Assembly (NCBI GenBank): GCA_050733915.1
Contig: JBOHUH010000031.1
Span: 84-64,083, forward strand
Source: Candidatus Dormibacteria bacterium
GTDB taxonomy: Bacteria > Chloroflexota > Dormibacteria > Aeolococcales > Bog-877
Direction of reading: 5' to 3'
Length of the DNA stretch: 64,000 nt
Below, piece after piece: positions 38,187 to 46,989 of the stretch. The notes under the pieces were generated by a model. The model had not been told where the DNA came from and searched no databases. It saw nothing but the letters and a program-made list of their open reading frames with translations. Position numbers and translations under genes: made by a program. Numbering within the stretch: position 1 is the stretch's first letter; every line of letters starts with the position of its first letter.

Positions 38187-38479
38187 GCCTGGATCAGCTC
38201 GATGTCCTGATGGGTGAGCAGGGCCTCGCCGCGGCCGCCGTCCTCGGAGACCCAGTCGGCCACCTTGTTGAGTATCTCGCCGGCGTGGCGGCGGTCGTTG
38301 CTGACGCAGGCCACCCCGATCACCGCCAGCTGCCAGGAGTCCAGGCTCTCCACCTCGGCCACCGCGACGTTGAAGGTGCGCCGGACCCGGTGGGTGAGGG
38401 AGCTGACCACCTGACGCTTGGCCTTGAGCGACCGGCTCTGGGGCAGGTGCAGGGTCAGCACCAGGCTACCGATGACCAC
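38183..38479 (-). CDS. DUF503 domain protein (YlxP-like)
   Basis: This 98-aa protein carries the LHLPQSRSLKAKRQVV...AEV...W pattern typical of DUF503. Confidence 0.85.
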   Translation of the reverse strand: MVIGSLVLTLHLPQSRSLKAKRQVVSSLTHRVRRTFNVAVAEVESLDSWQLAVIGVACVSNDRRHAGEILNKVADWVSEDGGRGEALLTHQDIELIQA

Positions 38480-38528
38480 CCGGCCAGTCTACTTGCGCAC
38501 TCGGGCTGCGCCGGTTGCTGGCCCGCGG

Positions 38529-39356
38529 TCAAAGGCTGATCAGGCCGACCGCCAGGGCGGCCACCGCCAGACCCACCACCTGGGTCCGGCTCCAGCGCTC
38601 GCCTAGCCCCAGCCGGGCCAAGAGCACCGTCACCGCCGGATAGAGCGAGGTGATCACCGCCACCACCGCCAGTTCCCCCAGCCCGGTGGCGCTGAGGAAG
38701 AGGATGTTGCCCAGCCCGCCGAGGATCCCGCTGGGCACCGCCAACGGTGCCAGGCGGCGCCAGCTGCCGGGAGCTCCTCTGGAGTGCCAGGCCGCGGCTG
38801 CGATCAACAGCACCGCGACCGACTGACCCGGGACCAGCGGCCAGGTGCCGGAGGCGGTCCCCGCCCGGTCAAGGCCGATGAACAAGAGGGCGAAGCAGGC
38901 GCCTGCGACCGCTCCTTCGATCACCCCGGACTGGTGCAGGGAGCTGGTTCCGGGCCGCCAGGAGACCAGCGCTACCGCCGGCAGGGCGATGGCGATCCCC
39001 AGTAGCGCGGCAATCCCGGGGCGGTTTCCCAGGGCCAGTCCCACCAGCGCCGGGATCAGGGCGGTGAGTACCCCGGCGATCGGCGCCACCACCGCCATCT
39101 GCCCCTTGGCCAGACCCCGGTAGAGGACCAGGATGCCCGAGGCACTGCCCAGGCCGCTGATGGCTCCCCAGCCCAGGGCCGAGGCGGTCGGCCCCGAGCC
39201 AGGGACGATCAGCAGCCCGATCAGAGCGGCGAGCAATCCAAAGGGCTGGGCCAGCAGGGCGACCCGGGTGACGCTGCCCCGCCTCCCGGCCACCCCGGCC
39301 AGGTAGTCGGAGGCTCCGTAACCTACCGCCGCGGCGAGGCTGAGCAGCACTGCCAA
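38529..39356 (-). CDS. EamA/DMT family transporter
   Basis: The 275-aa protein is polytopic. Its N-terminus is AAVGYGASDYLAGVA. Confidence 0.8.
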   Translation of the reverse strand: MAVLLSLAAAVGYGASDYLAGVAGRRGSVTRVALLAQPFGLLAALIGLLIVPGSGPTASALGWGAISGLGSASGILVLYRGLAKGQMAVVAPIAGVLTALIPALVGLALGNRPGIAALLGIAIALPAVALVSWRPGTSSLHQSGVIEGAVAGACFALLFIGLDRAGTASGTWPLVPGQSVAVLLIAAAAWHSRGAPGSWRRLAPLAVPSGILGGLGNILFLSATGLGELAVVAVITSLYPAVTVLLARLGLGERWSRTQVVGLAVAALAVGLISL

Positions 39357-39895
39357 GCTCAGCCCCTCGCGGTGCCCGGGGCGGCGGCAGGCCCCCTTGC
39401 CGTCGGAGTGCCCTCAGCTGGAGTCTTGGAGGACTGGCCGGCCAGCGCTTGGCGGAGGCCGAGGTGTTCGAGGTGGGTGAGCGGGCTGCGTCGGGCCCTG
39501 AATATATGGAGGATCCGCGCCTCGCGCACGGTAGGGTTCGGCCGGGAACCCGCAGCCCGCCAGCCCAACCGGTCAGGCGGAAAGGCAACGCCGCAGCCGT
39601 GCGCTTTTTTCGGGGCGCTCCGGCGGGAGATCGCCACGACGCGCTGGCCGCAACGGTTGGGCGCGGCACGCAACTGCCGACGGGATGAGGACCTCGGCCG
39701 GCACGCTGCGCTAGCAGCCGTGTTGGTGGTCCGCCGTTCGCGCGGCCGCACGGCTTCTCGGAGCCCTACTCTGCCCCCGGCGTGCGTCCTGCGCGGCCTG
39801 TGAGACGGGGGAGGGGATCGCCGTGGAACCCCCCGGGCGTCCACTCGCACGGCGGTAGAATCCGGTCACGATTCACAGGCTAACAAGGAGAGCTG

Positions 39896-40318
39896 ATGGC
39901 GACTGTGAGCGTCCGCTACATCGTCAACGACGTCGACCAGGCGATCGCCTTTTACACCGGTGGGCTGGGGTTCACTGAGATCATGCACCCGGCACCGAGT
40001 TTTGCCATGCTGATGCGGGGCGACCTCCGGCTGGTGCTCTCGGCTCCCAGCAGTGCGCCCGGCGGTGGCCAGGCTTCGCCCGACGGAACCATGCCAACTC
40101 CAGGGGGTTGGAACCGCTTCTCCATCGAGGTGGAGGACCTCGACGCGCTGGTCACCACCTTGCGCCAGGCGGGCGTACCCTTCCGCAACGACATCGTGAA
40201 CGGTATCGGTGGCAAGCAGACCATCGCCGAGGATCCTTCGGGCAACCCGATTGAGCTCTTCGAGCCCACCATCGAGGAAGCCAGGCTCTCGAACCCTCCC
40301 GTGACTGGAGGAGCCTGA
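39896..40318 (+). CDS. VOC (glyoxalase/bleomycin-resistance) family protein
   Basis: This 140-aa protein carries the blocks DQAIAFYTGGLGF and DPSGNPIELFEP. A strong Shine-Dalgarno sequence, AAGGAGAG, lies 3 nt upstream of the ATG. Confidence 0.85.
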   Translation: MATVSVRYIVNDVDQAIAFYTGGLGFTEIMHPAPSFAMLMRGDLRLVLSAPSSAPGGGQASPDGTMPTPGGWNRFSIEVEDLDALVTTLRQAGVPFRNDIVNGIGGKQTIAEDPSGNPIELFEPTIEEARLSNPPVTGGA

Positions 40319-40879
40319 GCCCGGTTGGCTGCGCCCGTCAGCTGATTGGCCGCCGGTCCGCTGCCGGTGCGCGCGGTCCAGGCTGAACTGTTTGCCGGAG
40401 ACACCCTGGAAGTGTTCCCGCGACCCGGTCGCCGCCACCAGACCGTCCCTCGCGAGGGGAGGCCGGAGCCTCGAATTGTGTCCGCTGGCGCCCGCCGCTC
40501 GCAGCGGGCCGTGGCGGCGAGGCCCGCGCCGCAAGCTCACTGGCAGAGGTTGTCAGTCGCGGTGGCTCAACAGCGGGCGTATCAAGTTGACTCCGGGTGT
40601 TTTGCGCCCGTGCCGTGCCACGTCACGACCCAGCCACGCGGGAATCGGTCCCCCGCGCCCAGACGTTGCGCGACGGCTGGGTCGGACGCGGGCGCGGGGC
40701 ATGCCCGCGCTGTTGTCAGAGGCGGCTCAGATGCTGGAAAGAAGGCCCTTGTGGCACGCGGAGACGGGCGCCGTGCGGTCCGCGCTACCGCCCATCCTCT
40801 GACGGCGAAACCGCAGCGACGCCCACGGTCCCTGCCGTCCTTACGCGTCACCGCAGACGGATCTCATCGTATCATCACC

Positions 40880-41698
40880 TTGGTGGGTGGGAGCACTTAC
40901 ACCAAGTCGGCCGTCGGGGCGGGAGAGCTCGCGGTCTATCGCCTCCTGGCCCGGCTGGCGCCTCGCCACAAACACCACTTCGCGGTTCTGCAGCTTCCCG
41001 TGGCCATCGCGATCGACGTCGAACGCCATCGTCTGGTTCTCCCTCGTTACGAGGGGGAAGAGCTCGCCCAGCGGTGGCACGAGGCCGACGGCGGGCGCTC
41101 GCTCGGCGTCGGACTGGCGGCGCGGATCGCGGTCGTTCTGGAGGATCTGGCACAGATAGACACGGTCCGACTGACTGACGATCCAGAGTTCATGAAGATC
41201 TCCGCAGTCGCATTCGACCATGCCGGCGCCCACTCTCGATCACTGTCAATTTCCCATCGCCTCACGGCTGCCGGGCTACTCTCGCCGCAAGACGGGATGC
41301 GAACAGAGCGCCTTCTGGAGCACCAGCAGCAGTCCCCCATGATCCTGAACAATGGCGACTTCTATCCTCGGAATCTGATCGTGCTCCCGACTGGTCGCAT
41401 CGTGATCATTGACTGGGAGACGTACAACCCCAACAGCCCCTTTCACACCATCGACCATCTGGAGAACGTCGCTGCGGTCTTCTACGTTCACATGTGGGGC
41501 CACCCGGCATGGCAGGCGGCATTTGCTGATGCCCTCCACGATCGCTTTGACTTCTCGGAGATGGACTTCGCCAAAGGGGTGGTGATCCAGGGCCTGGAGC
41601 TGGCCAACATGTGGATGGGTGACCCGGCAACCCTGCCCCTGGCAGCCATCCAGGCATCGATGGTCAACGCGGCACTGGCCAAGGCTCAGCGTCGCTGA
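40880..41698 (+). CDS. phosphotransferase (APH/choline-kinase-like) family protein
   Basis: The catalytic-loop-like NNGDFYPRN and metal-binding-loop-like VIIDWE blocks are present. GC is visibly lower than in flanking DNA. The start is uncertain: TTG 40880 or GTG 40883 sit inside the Gly-rich loop, and an alternative GTG lies at 40751. Confidence 0.7.
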   Translation: MVGGSTYTKSAVGAGELAVYRLLARLAPRHKHHFAVLQLPVAIAIDVERHRLVLPRYEGEELAQRWHEADGGRSLGVGLAARIAVVLEDLAQIDTVRLTDDPEFMKISAVAFDHAGAHSRSLSISHRLTAAGLLSPQDGMRTERLLEHQQQSPMILNNGDFYPRNLIVLPTGRIVIIDWETYNPNSPFHTIDHLENVAAVFYVHMWGHPAWQAAFADALHDRFDFSEMDFAKGVVIQGLELANMWMGDPATLPLAAIQASMVNAALAKAQRR

Positions 41699-42030
41699 GG
41701 CCGCGGGCCGTCCCTGCCAGGTCGGCGGGATTGCGGATGGACTCGGCCAATCAGCGTGCCGTCGACCGGTAGCCCGGGGCGTGGCGGTTGGCGCTAGCCG
41801 CGGTGGCTTGATCCGTTGGGACTAGCCGCTCCTCAAGAGGGGGGCTTCCAGTCCACCCAACTGCATGAATTCAACGAGACGGTAGGGCCCAGGTCTCATC
41901 CCCTCGACCTTCTTCCACCGCTGCGCCGCGCCGATCCGGCGCCTTGCTGCTTCCCAGCAGAGGATCAGCGCTCCCGCCGCGCCCCACCGCACGTGGTAGC
42001 GGTGCTCTTCCCGCCCGATGCCCGGTCCGC

Positions 42031-42603
42031 CTAGCCCACCTGGCGAAGCATCTGTACCGCCACGTTCTCCCGGCGCTCCTGGCCCACCGTGGTGGTGGGA
42101 CCGTGGCCCGGGTAGATCACCGTGTTCTCGGGGAAGGCGAGCAGCCGCGAGAGCACGGAGACCAGTTGCCGGGAAAGGTCGACGTCGGGGAGGTCGGTAC
42201 GGCCCAGGTTCCCCTTGAGCAGGGTGTCCCCGGTGAAGAGATGGTTGCCCACCTTGTAGCTGAGCGAGCCCTGGCTGTGCCCCGGGGTGGCTATCACTTC
42301 CAGCTCGAAGTCGCCGAACGGGAGCCGATCGCCATCGGTGACGTAGCGGTCGGCGGAGCGCAGGAAGGCCTTGGCGTCGAGCAGGCTGAGCGCGGTCTCG
42401 CCGCCAACCACCGCCTTGACCTCCTCCTTGGCCCCGGCATGGTTGCGGTGGCCGTGGCTGCAGCAGAGGTGGCGCACGGTCAGGCCCGCGCACTGGGTGG
42501 CGATCTTGGCGGGGTCGGCGCCTGGGTCGATGATCACGGCCTCCTTGCTGCGGGCGCAGGCCACGACGTAGCAGTTGCTCTCCTGGGTCCCCTGAACTTT
42601 CAC
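42031..42603 (-). CDS. MBL-fold metallo-hydrolase (glyoxalase II-like) with HxHxNH variant motif
   Basis: In this 190-aa protein the metal motif reads SHGHRNHAG instead of HxHxDH. The later ATPGHSQGS and YPGHG blocks are present. Confidence 0.8.
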   Translation of the reverse strand: MKVQGTQESNCYVVACARSKEAVIIDPGADPAKIATQCAGLTVRHLCCSHGHRNHAGAKEEVKAVVGGETALSLLDAKAFLRSADRYVTDGDRLPFGDFELEVIATPGHSQGSLSYKVGNHLFTGDTLLKGNLGRTDLPDVDLSRQLVSVLSRLLAFPENTVIYPGHGPTTTVGQERRENVAVQMLRQVG

Positions 42604-42641
42604 CCGCGCGATCTGGAGCCGGGGGCGGGCGGCCTCGGGGC

Positions 42642-43010
42642 TCAGCCGCGGACCTCGCGCTGCTCAAGAAGCTTCTGGCGCAGCGTCTCGAGCGCCTCGA
42701 ACTCCTCCATCGCCGGCTTGGGCATGCGCTGGTAGGAGTGGGGAAACTTGGCGTGCTGCAGGGCTGCCAGCAACACCTCGACGTCGGGGTCGCTGAGCCG
42801 GTACAGGTGGCCGTGCGAGGGCAGCACCTCCGAGACCAGCACCGGGATCCGGTTGGGCTCGTCGGTGGTGTCTTCGAGCAGAGGCGACACCGCCGCCCGG
42901 GGGCGCAGCGGCAGCGGCTCCTGGGGCTGGTCGGGAAGGTCGCCGCTGGGGACCCGGGTGGGCTGGAAGAGCTGGGCGGAGCCGCTCAGGCTGGCGCGCT
43001 TGAAGGCCAT
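42642..43010 (-). CDS. hypothetical 122-aa protein, candidate ParA partner
   Basis: Its ATG lies 1 nt after the ParA-like stop (TGAGATG). A basic N-terminal tip (MAFKRASL) is followed by a Pro-rich disordered segment and a C-terminal helical region (AMEEFEALETLRQKLLEQ). Confidence 0.55.
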   Translation of the reverse strand: MAFKRASLSGSAQLFQPTRVPSGDLPDQPQEPLPLRPRAAVSPLLEDTTDEPNRIPVLVSEVLPSHGHLYRLSDPDVEVLLAALQHAKFPHSYQRMPKPAMEEFEALETLRQKLLEQREVRG

Positions 43011-43011
43011 C

Positions 43012-43812
43012 TCAGTGTGCCTCCCGGGAGAGCACCGCCTCCGCCAGCTGGCGGTAGGCGGCGGCCCCGTCGGAGTCGCTGGCGTACTGCAGGATCGACT
43101 GGCCCATCAAAGGGCACTCCGCGAAGCGGATGCTGTCGCTGACATGGAACGGGTAGACCAGGCTGCCGAAGTGGGATTGGACGTCGTTGAGCACCTCGTT
43201 GGCGTGCACCGTGCGCCCCTTGTGAATCGTGGGCAGGATCCCGTGGATCCTCAGCCTTGGGTTGAGCTTCACCCGAACCCGCTCGATGGTGCGCTGCAAT
43301 TGTTCCATGCCCTTCATTCCAAAGTACTCGCATTGCAGCGGGATCACCACATCGGTGGCCGCCACCAAGGCGTTGATGCAGAGCAACCCCAGTGAGGGGG
43401 GGCAGTCGATGATCAGGTAGTCGTACTCGCCCAGGAGCGGGGTCAGCTTCTCCAGCAGCACCGACTCCCTTCCGATCTCGGTCACCAGCTGCAGCTCGGC
43501 CCCCGCCAGCTCCACGTTGGCGGCGAGGAAGTCGACGCCCACCCCGGGCGAATGCAGGCGCACGTCGGCCGCCGTCACCTGGTGCTCGCAGAGCATGTCG
43601 TAGACGGTGACCCGGAGTTCGTCGGGGTGAGCCACTCCCATGTTCACCGTGAGATGCCCCTGGGGATCGAGGTCCACCGCCAAGACCCGCACCCCGCGCT
43701 CGGCGAGCGCGCTGGCCAGGTTCACGGCGGTGGTGGTCTTGCCCACGCCGCCCTTCTGGTTGGCGACGGCAAGGATCTGGACCCCGGCCGGCTTGTGGTT
43801 GTTGGAGGCCAT
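43012..43812 (-). CDS. ParA/Soj-family ATPase (orphan, no ParB nearby)
   Basis: The deviant Walker A is NQKGGVGKTTTAVNLA, followed by VDLDPQG and IIDCPPSLG blocks. Confidence 0.9.
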   Translation of the reverse strand: MASNNHKPAGVQILAVANQKGGVGKTTTAVNLASALAERGVRVLAVDLDPQGHLTVNMGVAHPDELRVTVYDMLCEHQVTAADVRLHSPGVGVDFLAANVELAGAELQLVTEIGRESVLLEKLTPLLGEYDYLIIDCPPSLGLLCINALVAATDVVIPLQCEYFGMKGMEQLQRTIERVRVKLNPRLRIHGILPTIHKGRTVHANEVLNDVQSHFGSLVYPFHVSDSIRFAECPLMGQSILQYASDSDGAAAYRQLAEAVLSREAH

Positions 43813-44031
43813 GCGGCGAAGTCACCTCGGCTGGCGGCTGGCCATCTGAAAGACCGGCATTGTGGCAGCCTGCCGCTATCATATGGCGGCTCGCGACACT
43901 GCCGGGCCTGGACCGGCGAAACCGGCGCCAGCGGCTTCTCCCGGAAAGCACCCGGCCTTGCTTCCCACGGTTACCTACCTCACCTCACCGGCACTGAGCC
44001 AAAGCCACCCTTGTTGAGGAGAACTGCAGCC

Positions 44032-44898
44032 TTGGCAGACGTTGGCGAACTACCAAAGTCCAAGATTCAGGCCGCCGAGGAGGCGGTCAGCCTGGCCCTA
44101 GCCAGCCGCTGGCGGGAGGCGCTGGTGGTCAACGACGATCTGCTGGAGCGCTTCGGGCCCGACGAGGAGACCTGCAACCGACGCGGCAAGGCGCTCTTGG
44201 AGCTGGGGCGGTTCGGCGAAGCCGAGGCGGCCTACCAGGCTACCCTCGGGGTCAACCCCGGCAACCAGATCGCCCGCCGCCAGCTGGCCCAGCTTTCTGA
44301 GCGCCGCGGCGGCAGCGGGCAGGTGACGGGGGTGGCGGCCTCGGTGGACGTGACTCTCTTCACCGACGAGCCCGGCAAGACCGCGATCACCAAGCTGATT
44401 CTGGCGGAGGGCATCGAACCCGCAGCGATCGCCCCCGGCGATCCCGTCAAGGTGGAGGTGGGCGAGGAGCAGGTGGCAGTGCGCAGCCTCCGGGGAGTCG
44501 AGCTGGGCGCCATCGAGCCGCGGCTCGCCCAGCGCATCCTCAAGCTGAGCCGGAGCGGCAACCGCTATGCCGGGGCGGTCACCCACGTCGACGGCGCCAG
44601 CGTGCAGGTGATCCTTCGCGAGACCTACCAGGCGCCCGAGCTGGCCGGCACCAACTCCTTCCCGGTGCGCAAGGCGCGGGAGATTCCCTACCGGGCCTAC
44701 ACCAAGGAGGCGGTGATCGCCCGCGACGAGGACCCGCCGGTCTCCGGGGACGAGGACGAGGACTCGCTGACCCCAACCCCGGACCCCGTCGCCGAGGAGC
44801 TTGACGCGGGCTTCAGTGAATTCGAAGAGGTCGTCGACGAACCCGCGGCCGAGGCTGAGACCGACGATGAGGACGCGCGGCCCGAGGATGACTACTGA
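44032..44898 (+). CDS. TPR-like repeat protein with beta-rich middle domain and acidic tail
   Basis: The start is TTG 44032, 9 nt after GAGGAGA. TPR-like helices are present (RRGKALLELGRFGEAEAAYQATLGVNPGNQIARRQLAQL). The C-terminal 60 aa are strongly acidic (DEDEDS...ETDDEDARPEDDY). Confidence 0.65.
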   Translation: MADVGELPKSKIQAAEEAVSLALASRWREALVVNDDLLERFGPDEETCNRRGKALLELGRFGEAEAAYQATLGVNPGNQIARRQLAQLSERRGGSGQVTGVAASVDVTLFTDEPGKTAITKLILAEGIEPAAIAPGDPVKVEVGEEQVAVRSLRGVELGAIEPRLAQRILKLSRSGNRYAGAVTHVDGASVQVILRETYQAPELAGTNSFPVRKAREIPYRAYTKEAVIARDEDPPVSGDEDEDSLTPTPDPVAEELDAGFSEFEEVVDEPAAEAETDDEDARPEDDY

Positions 44899-44910
44899 GC
44901 TCTCCCGGGC

Positions 44911-45390
44911 CTAGTGGAGTGGGGAGAGCTCCCCGACCGGCCAGAGCAGGGGCCTCTCGAAAACCGAGCGCAGCACCACCGAGGAGCGGCTGCTGAGGCC
45001 AGGATGCCCCTCGCGCAGGCGCGCCAGCAGGGCGGCCAGCTGGGCCGGGGACTCCACCCTCACCTTGGCCAGGTAGCAGTCATCCCCGGCGACCTCATGG
45101 AGCTCCAGGACCTGGGGCTCGCGGGCGAGTTCGCCCTCTAGCCGAACCCGCTCCTGGGCCGACCCCTGAAGCCGGATGGCGATCACCGCGGCGGTGGCGG
45201 CGCCCACCGCCTCGGGGGCGACCACCGTCGAGTAGGCGAGGATGACTCCCGCCGACTCCAGCTTGTGGACCCGCTCGTGCACCGACGGGGCCGAGAGAGA
45301 TACCTGCTCGCCCAACTTTGCCCAGGTGCTCCTCCCGGCTCCCGCGAGGCGGCCCAGGAGCCGACGATCAATGTCATCCATATCGGGCAT
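44911..45390 (-). CDS. Lrp/AsnC family transcriptional regulator
   Basis: An N-terminal HTH (DDIDRRLLGRLAGAGRSTWAKLGEQVSLSAPSVHERVHKLESAGVI) is followed by a RAM-like C-terminal domain. Confidence 0.9.
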   Translation of the reverse strand: MPDMDDIDRRLLGRLAGAGRSTWAKLGEQVSLSAPSVHERVHKLESAGVILAYSTVVAPEAVGAATAAVIAIRLQGSAQERVRLEGELAREPQVLELHEVAGDDCYLAKVRVESPAQLAALLARLREGHPGLSSRSSVVLRSVFERPLLWPVGELSPLH

Positions 45391-45461
45391 CGTACCTTAT
45401 ATCTAAAGACTCGATCGTATGATTAGGCAGGAAACGTTAGGCACTTGTTCGCTAATACCAG

Positions 45462-46445
45462 ATGACCATTAGTCAAGCGCGCGCCGCGATCGTGGCCCGC
45501 TCAACCTGGCGGGCGTGGGTGGCGCTGGCGGCCGTCTACGTGCTCTGGGGCTCTACCTACACCGCCATCCAGGTGGGGGTGCGGGAGTTCCCGCCCTTCC
45601 TGCTGGCAGGCACCCGCTACATGTTCGCCGGGCTGCTGCTCTACCTGATCGCCGGCCACCAGGGAGGGTGGCGGCAACGCCCTGCCCGCTGGCGGTGGCC
45701 CAGCTGGGCGGAGGCGGTAAGCGCCGGAGTGGTGGGGCTGTTCCTGCTGCTCGGCGGCAATGGGCTGGTGACCTTTGGGGAGGTGCGGGTCCACTCCGGC
45801 CTGGCCGCCCTGATGATCGCCACCGTTCCCCTCTGGATGGCTCTGCTCGGCCTGGCGCTACGGGGGTCGCGCCGGCTGGGGGCGGTCAGCTGGGCCGGGG
45901 TGGTTCTGGGCATGGCGGGAGTGGTGGTGCTGGTGGGTCCCGGGGCGGGCGGCGGGCTGACCCTGCTGCCGGCCGTGGAGCTGATTGCCGCGGCGGTGCT
46001 GTGGAGTGTCGGGTCGCTGTACGCCCAGCGGGCGCCGCTGGCTCGAAACGTGCTCCTGGTCTCGGCGGTGGAGATGCTGGTGGGGGGACTGGCCCTGATC
46101 GTGGTTGGTCTGGTCAGCGGAGAGGTGGGACAGGTACAGTTCTCCCGGGTAGGCCTGCCCGCAGTGCTCGCCTACGTCTGGCTGGTCACCGGCGGATCGC
46201 TGGCCGGCTACACCTGCTACACCTACGCGCTCAAGATGCTGCCCCCGACCACCGTCGCCACCTACGCGTACGTCAACCCGGTGGTGGCCCTGCTGCTGGG
46301 GTGGCTGATCCTCGGCCAGGGGCTCAGCGCCGGGGCCGGCCTGGCCGCCGCCCTGATCACCCTGGGGGTGGTGCTGATGGTGAGCGGTCCGGCGCTGACG
46401 CGGCGGAGATCAAGGGGGCGGCTGGGCCACAACCCGGGCGCCTGA
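45462..46445 (+). CDS. EamA/DMT family transporter
   Basis: The 327-aa protein has about 10 TM segments and a VLWGSTYTAIQVG block. It is divergent from the Lrp gene. Confidence 0.85.
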   Translation: MTISQARAAIVARSTWRAWVALAAVYVLWGSTYTAIQVGVREFPPFLLAGTRYMFAGLLLYLIAGHQGGWRQRPARWRWPSWAEAVSAGVVGLFLLLGGNGLVTFGEVRVHSGLAALMIATVPLWMALLGLALRGSRRLGAVSWAGVVLGMAGVVVLVGPGAGGGLTLLPAVELIAAAVLWSVGSLYAQRAPLARNVLLVSAVEMLVGGLALIVVGLVSGEVGQVQFSRVGLPAVLAYVWLVTGGSLAGYTCYTYALKMLPPTTVATYAYVNPVVALLLGWLILGQGLSAGAGLAAALITLGVVLMVSGPALTRRRSRGRLGHNPGA

Positions 46446-46466
46446 GCTCCCGGTGGGGCCCTCAGG

Positions 46467-46937
46467 CTACCGGTTGAAGGGTGGTGCTTCGGGCGCACCG
46501 GGGTTCGCGGGTGGAGGGCCGGGCGGCATCCCCATGGGGTATCCCGGGCCCGACTGGGGGTCCAGCCCTGGCCCCCCCTCGAAGGCCGAGGGTTCAGTGA
46601 GCCGACGTCGGCGGGTGAACAGCCCCGCGCCCCAGCGCCGAGCGACCACATAGCTGACCACGGTGGAGATCAGCAGCACTCCGATGAACCCCACCGCCAG
46701 CAGGATCGCTGGCCCCAGGTAGCTCTCCTGGGGCACCGCGCAGGAGGTGGTCACCCCGGAGGGGAGACCGGAGCAGTCCAGCGTGGTCTGGGAGTTGTGC
46801 GCGAAGGTGACCAGGAGGAGGGCGGCACCGCCCGCGAACATGAGGAAGCAGAGGATCAGCAGACCGATCAGGAGGGGGATCGCCCGGGGCACCCGCAGCA
46901 ACTCGCCGCGGGCGGTCTTCTCAGTCGGATCGACCAC
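46467..46937 (-). CDS. hypothetical two-TM membrane protein with Pro/Gly-rich tail
   Basis: This 156-aa protein has two clear TM helices flanking a Cys-containing loop. The C-terminus is PGYPMGMPPGPPPANPGAPEAPPF. Confidence 0.55.
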   Translation of the reverse strand: MVDPTEKTARGELLRVPRAIPLLIGLLILCFLMFAGGAALLLVTFAHNSQTTLDCSGLPSGVTTSCAVPQESYLGPAILLAVGFIGVLLISTVVSYVVARRWGAGLFTRRRRLTEPSAFEGGPGLDPQSGPGYPMGMPPGPPPANPGAPEAPPFNR

Positions 46938-46989
46938 GCCGGAATAGTAGCCGAGCCGGTGCGGATCGGTGCCTCCGAGGCCAAGTTGG

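Noticed and set aside
39440-39560. A minus-strand peptide, ...TVREARILHIFRARRSP..., resembles the C-terminal strand of RelE/ParE toxins.
   Set aside because: The match is only about 15 residues. There is no intact ORF, start codon or antitoxin partner. I mention it only as part of the eroded-islet hypothesis, not as a feature.
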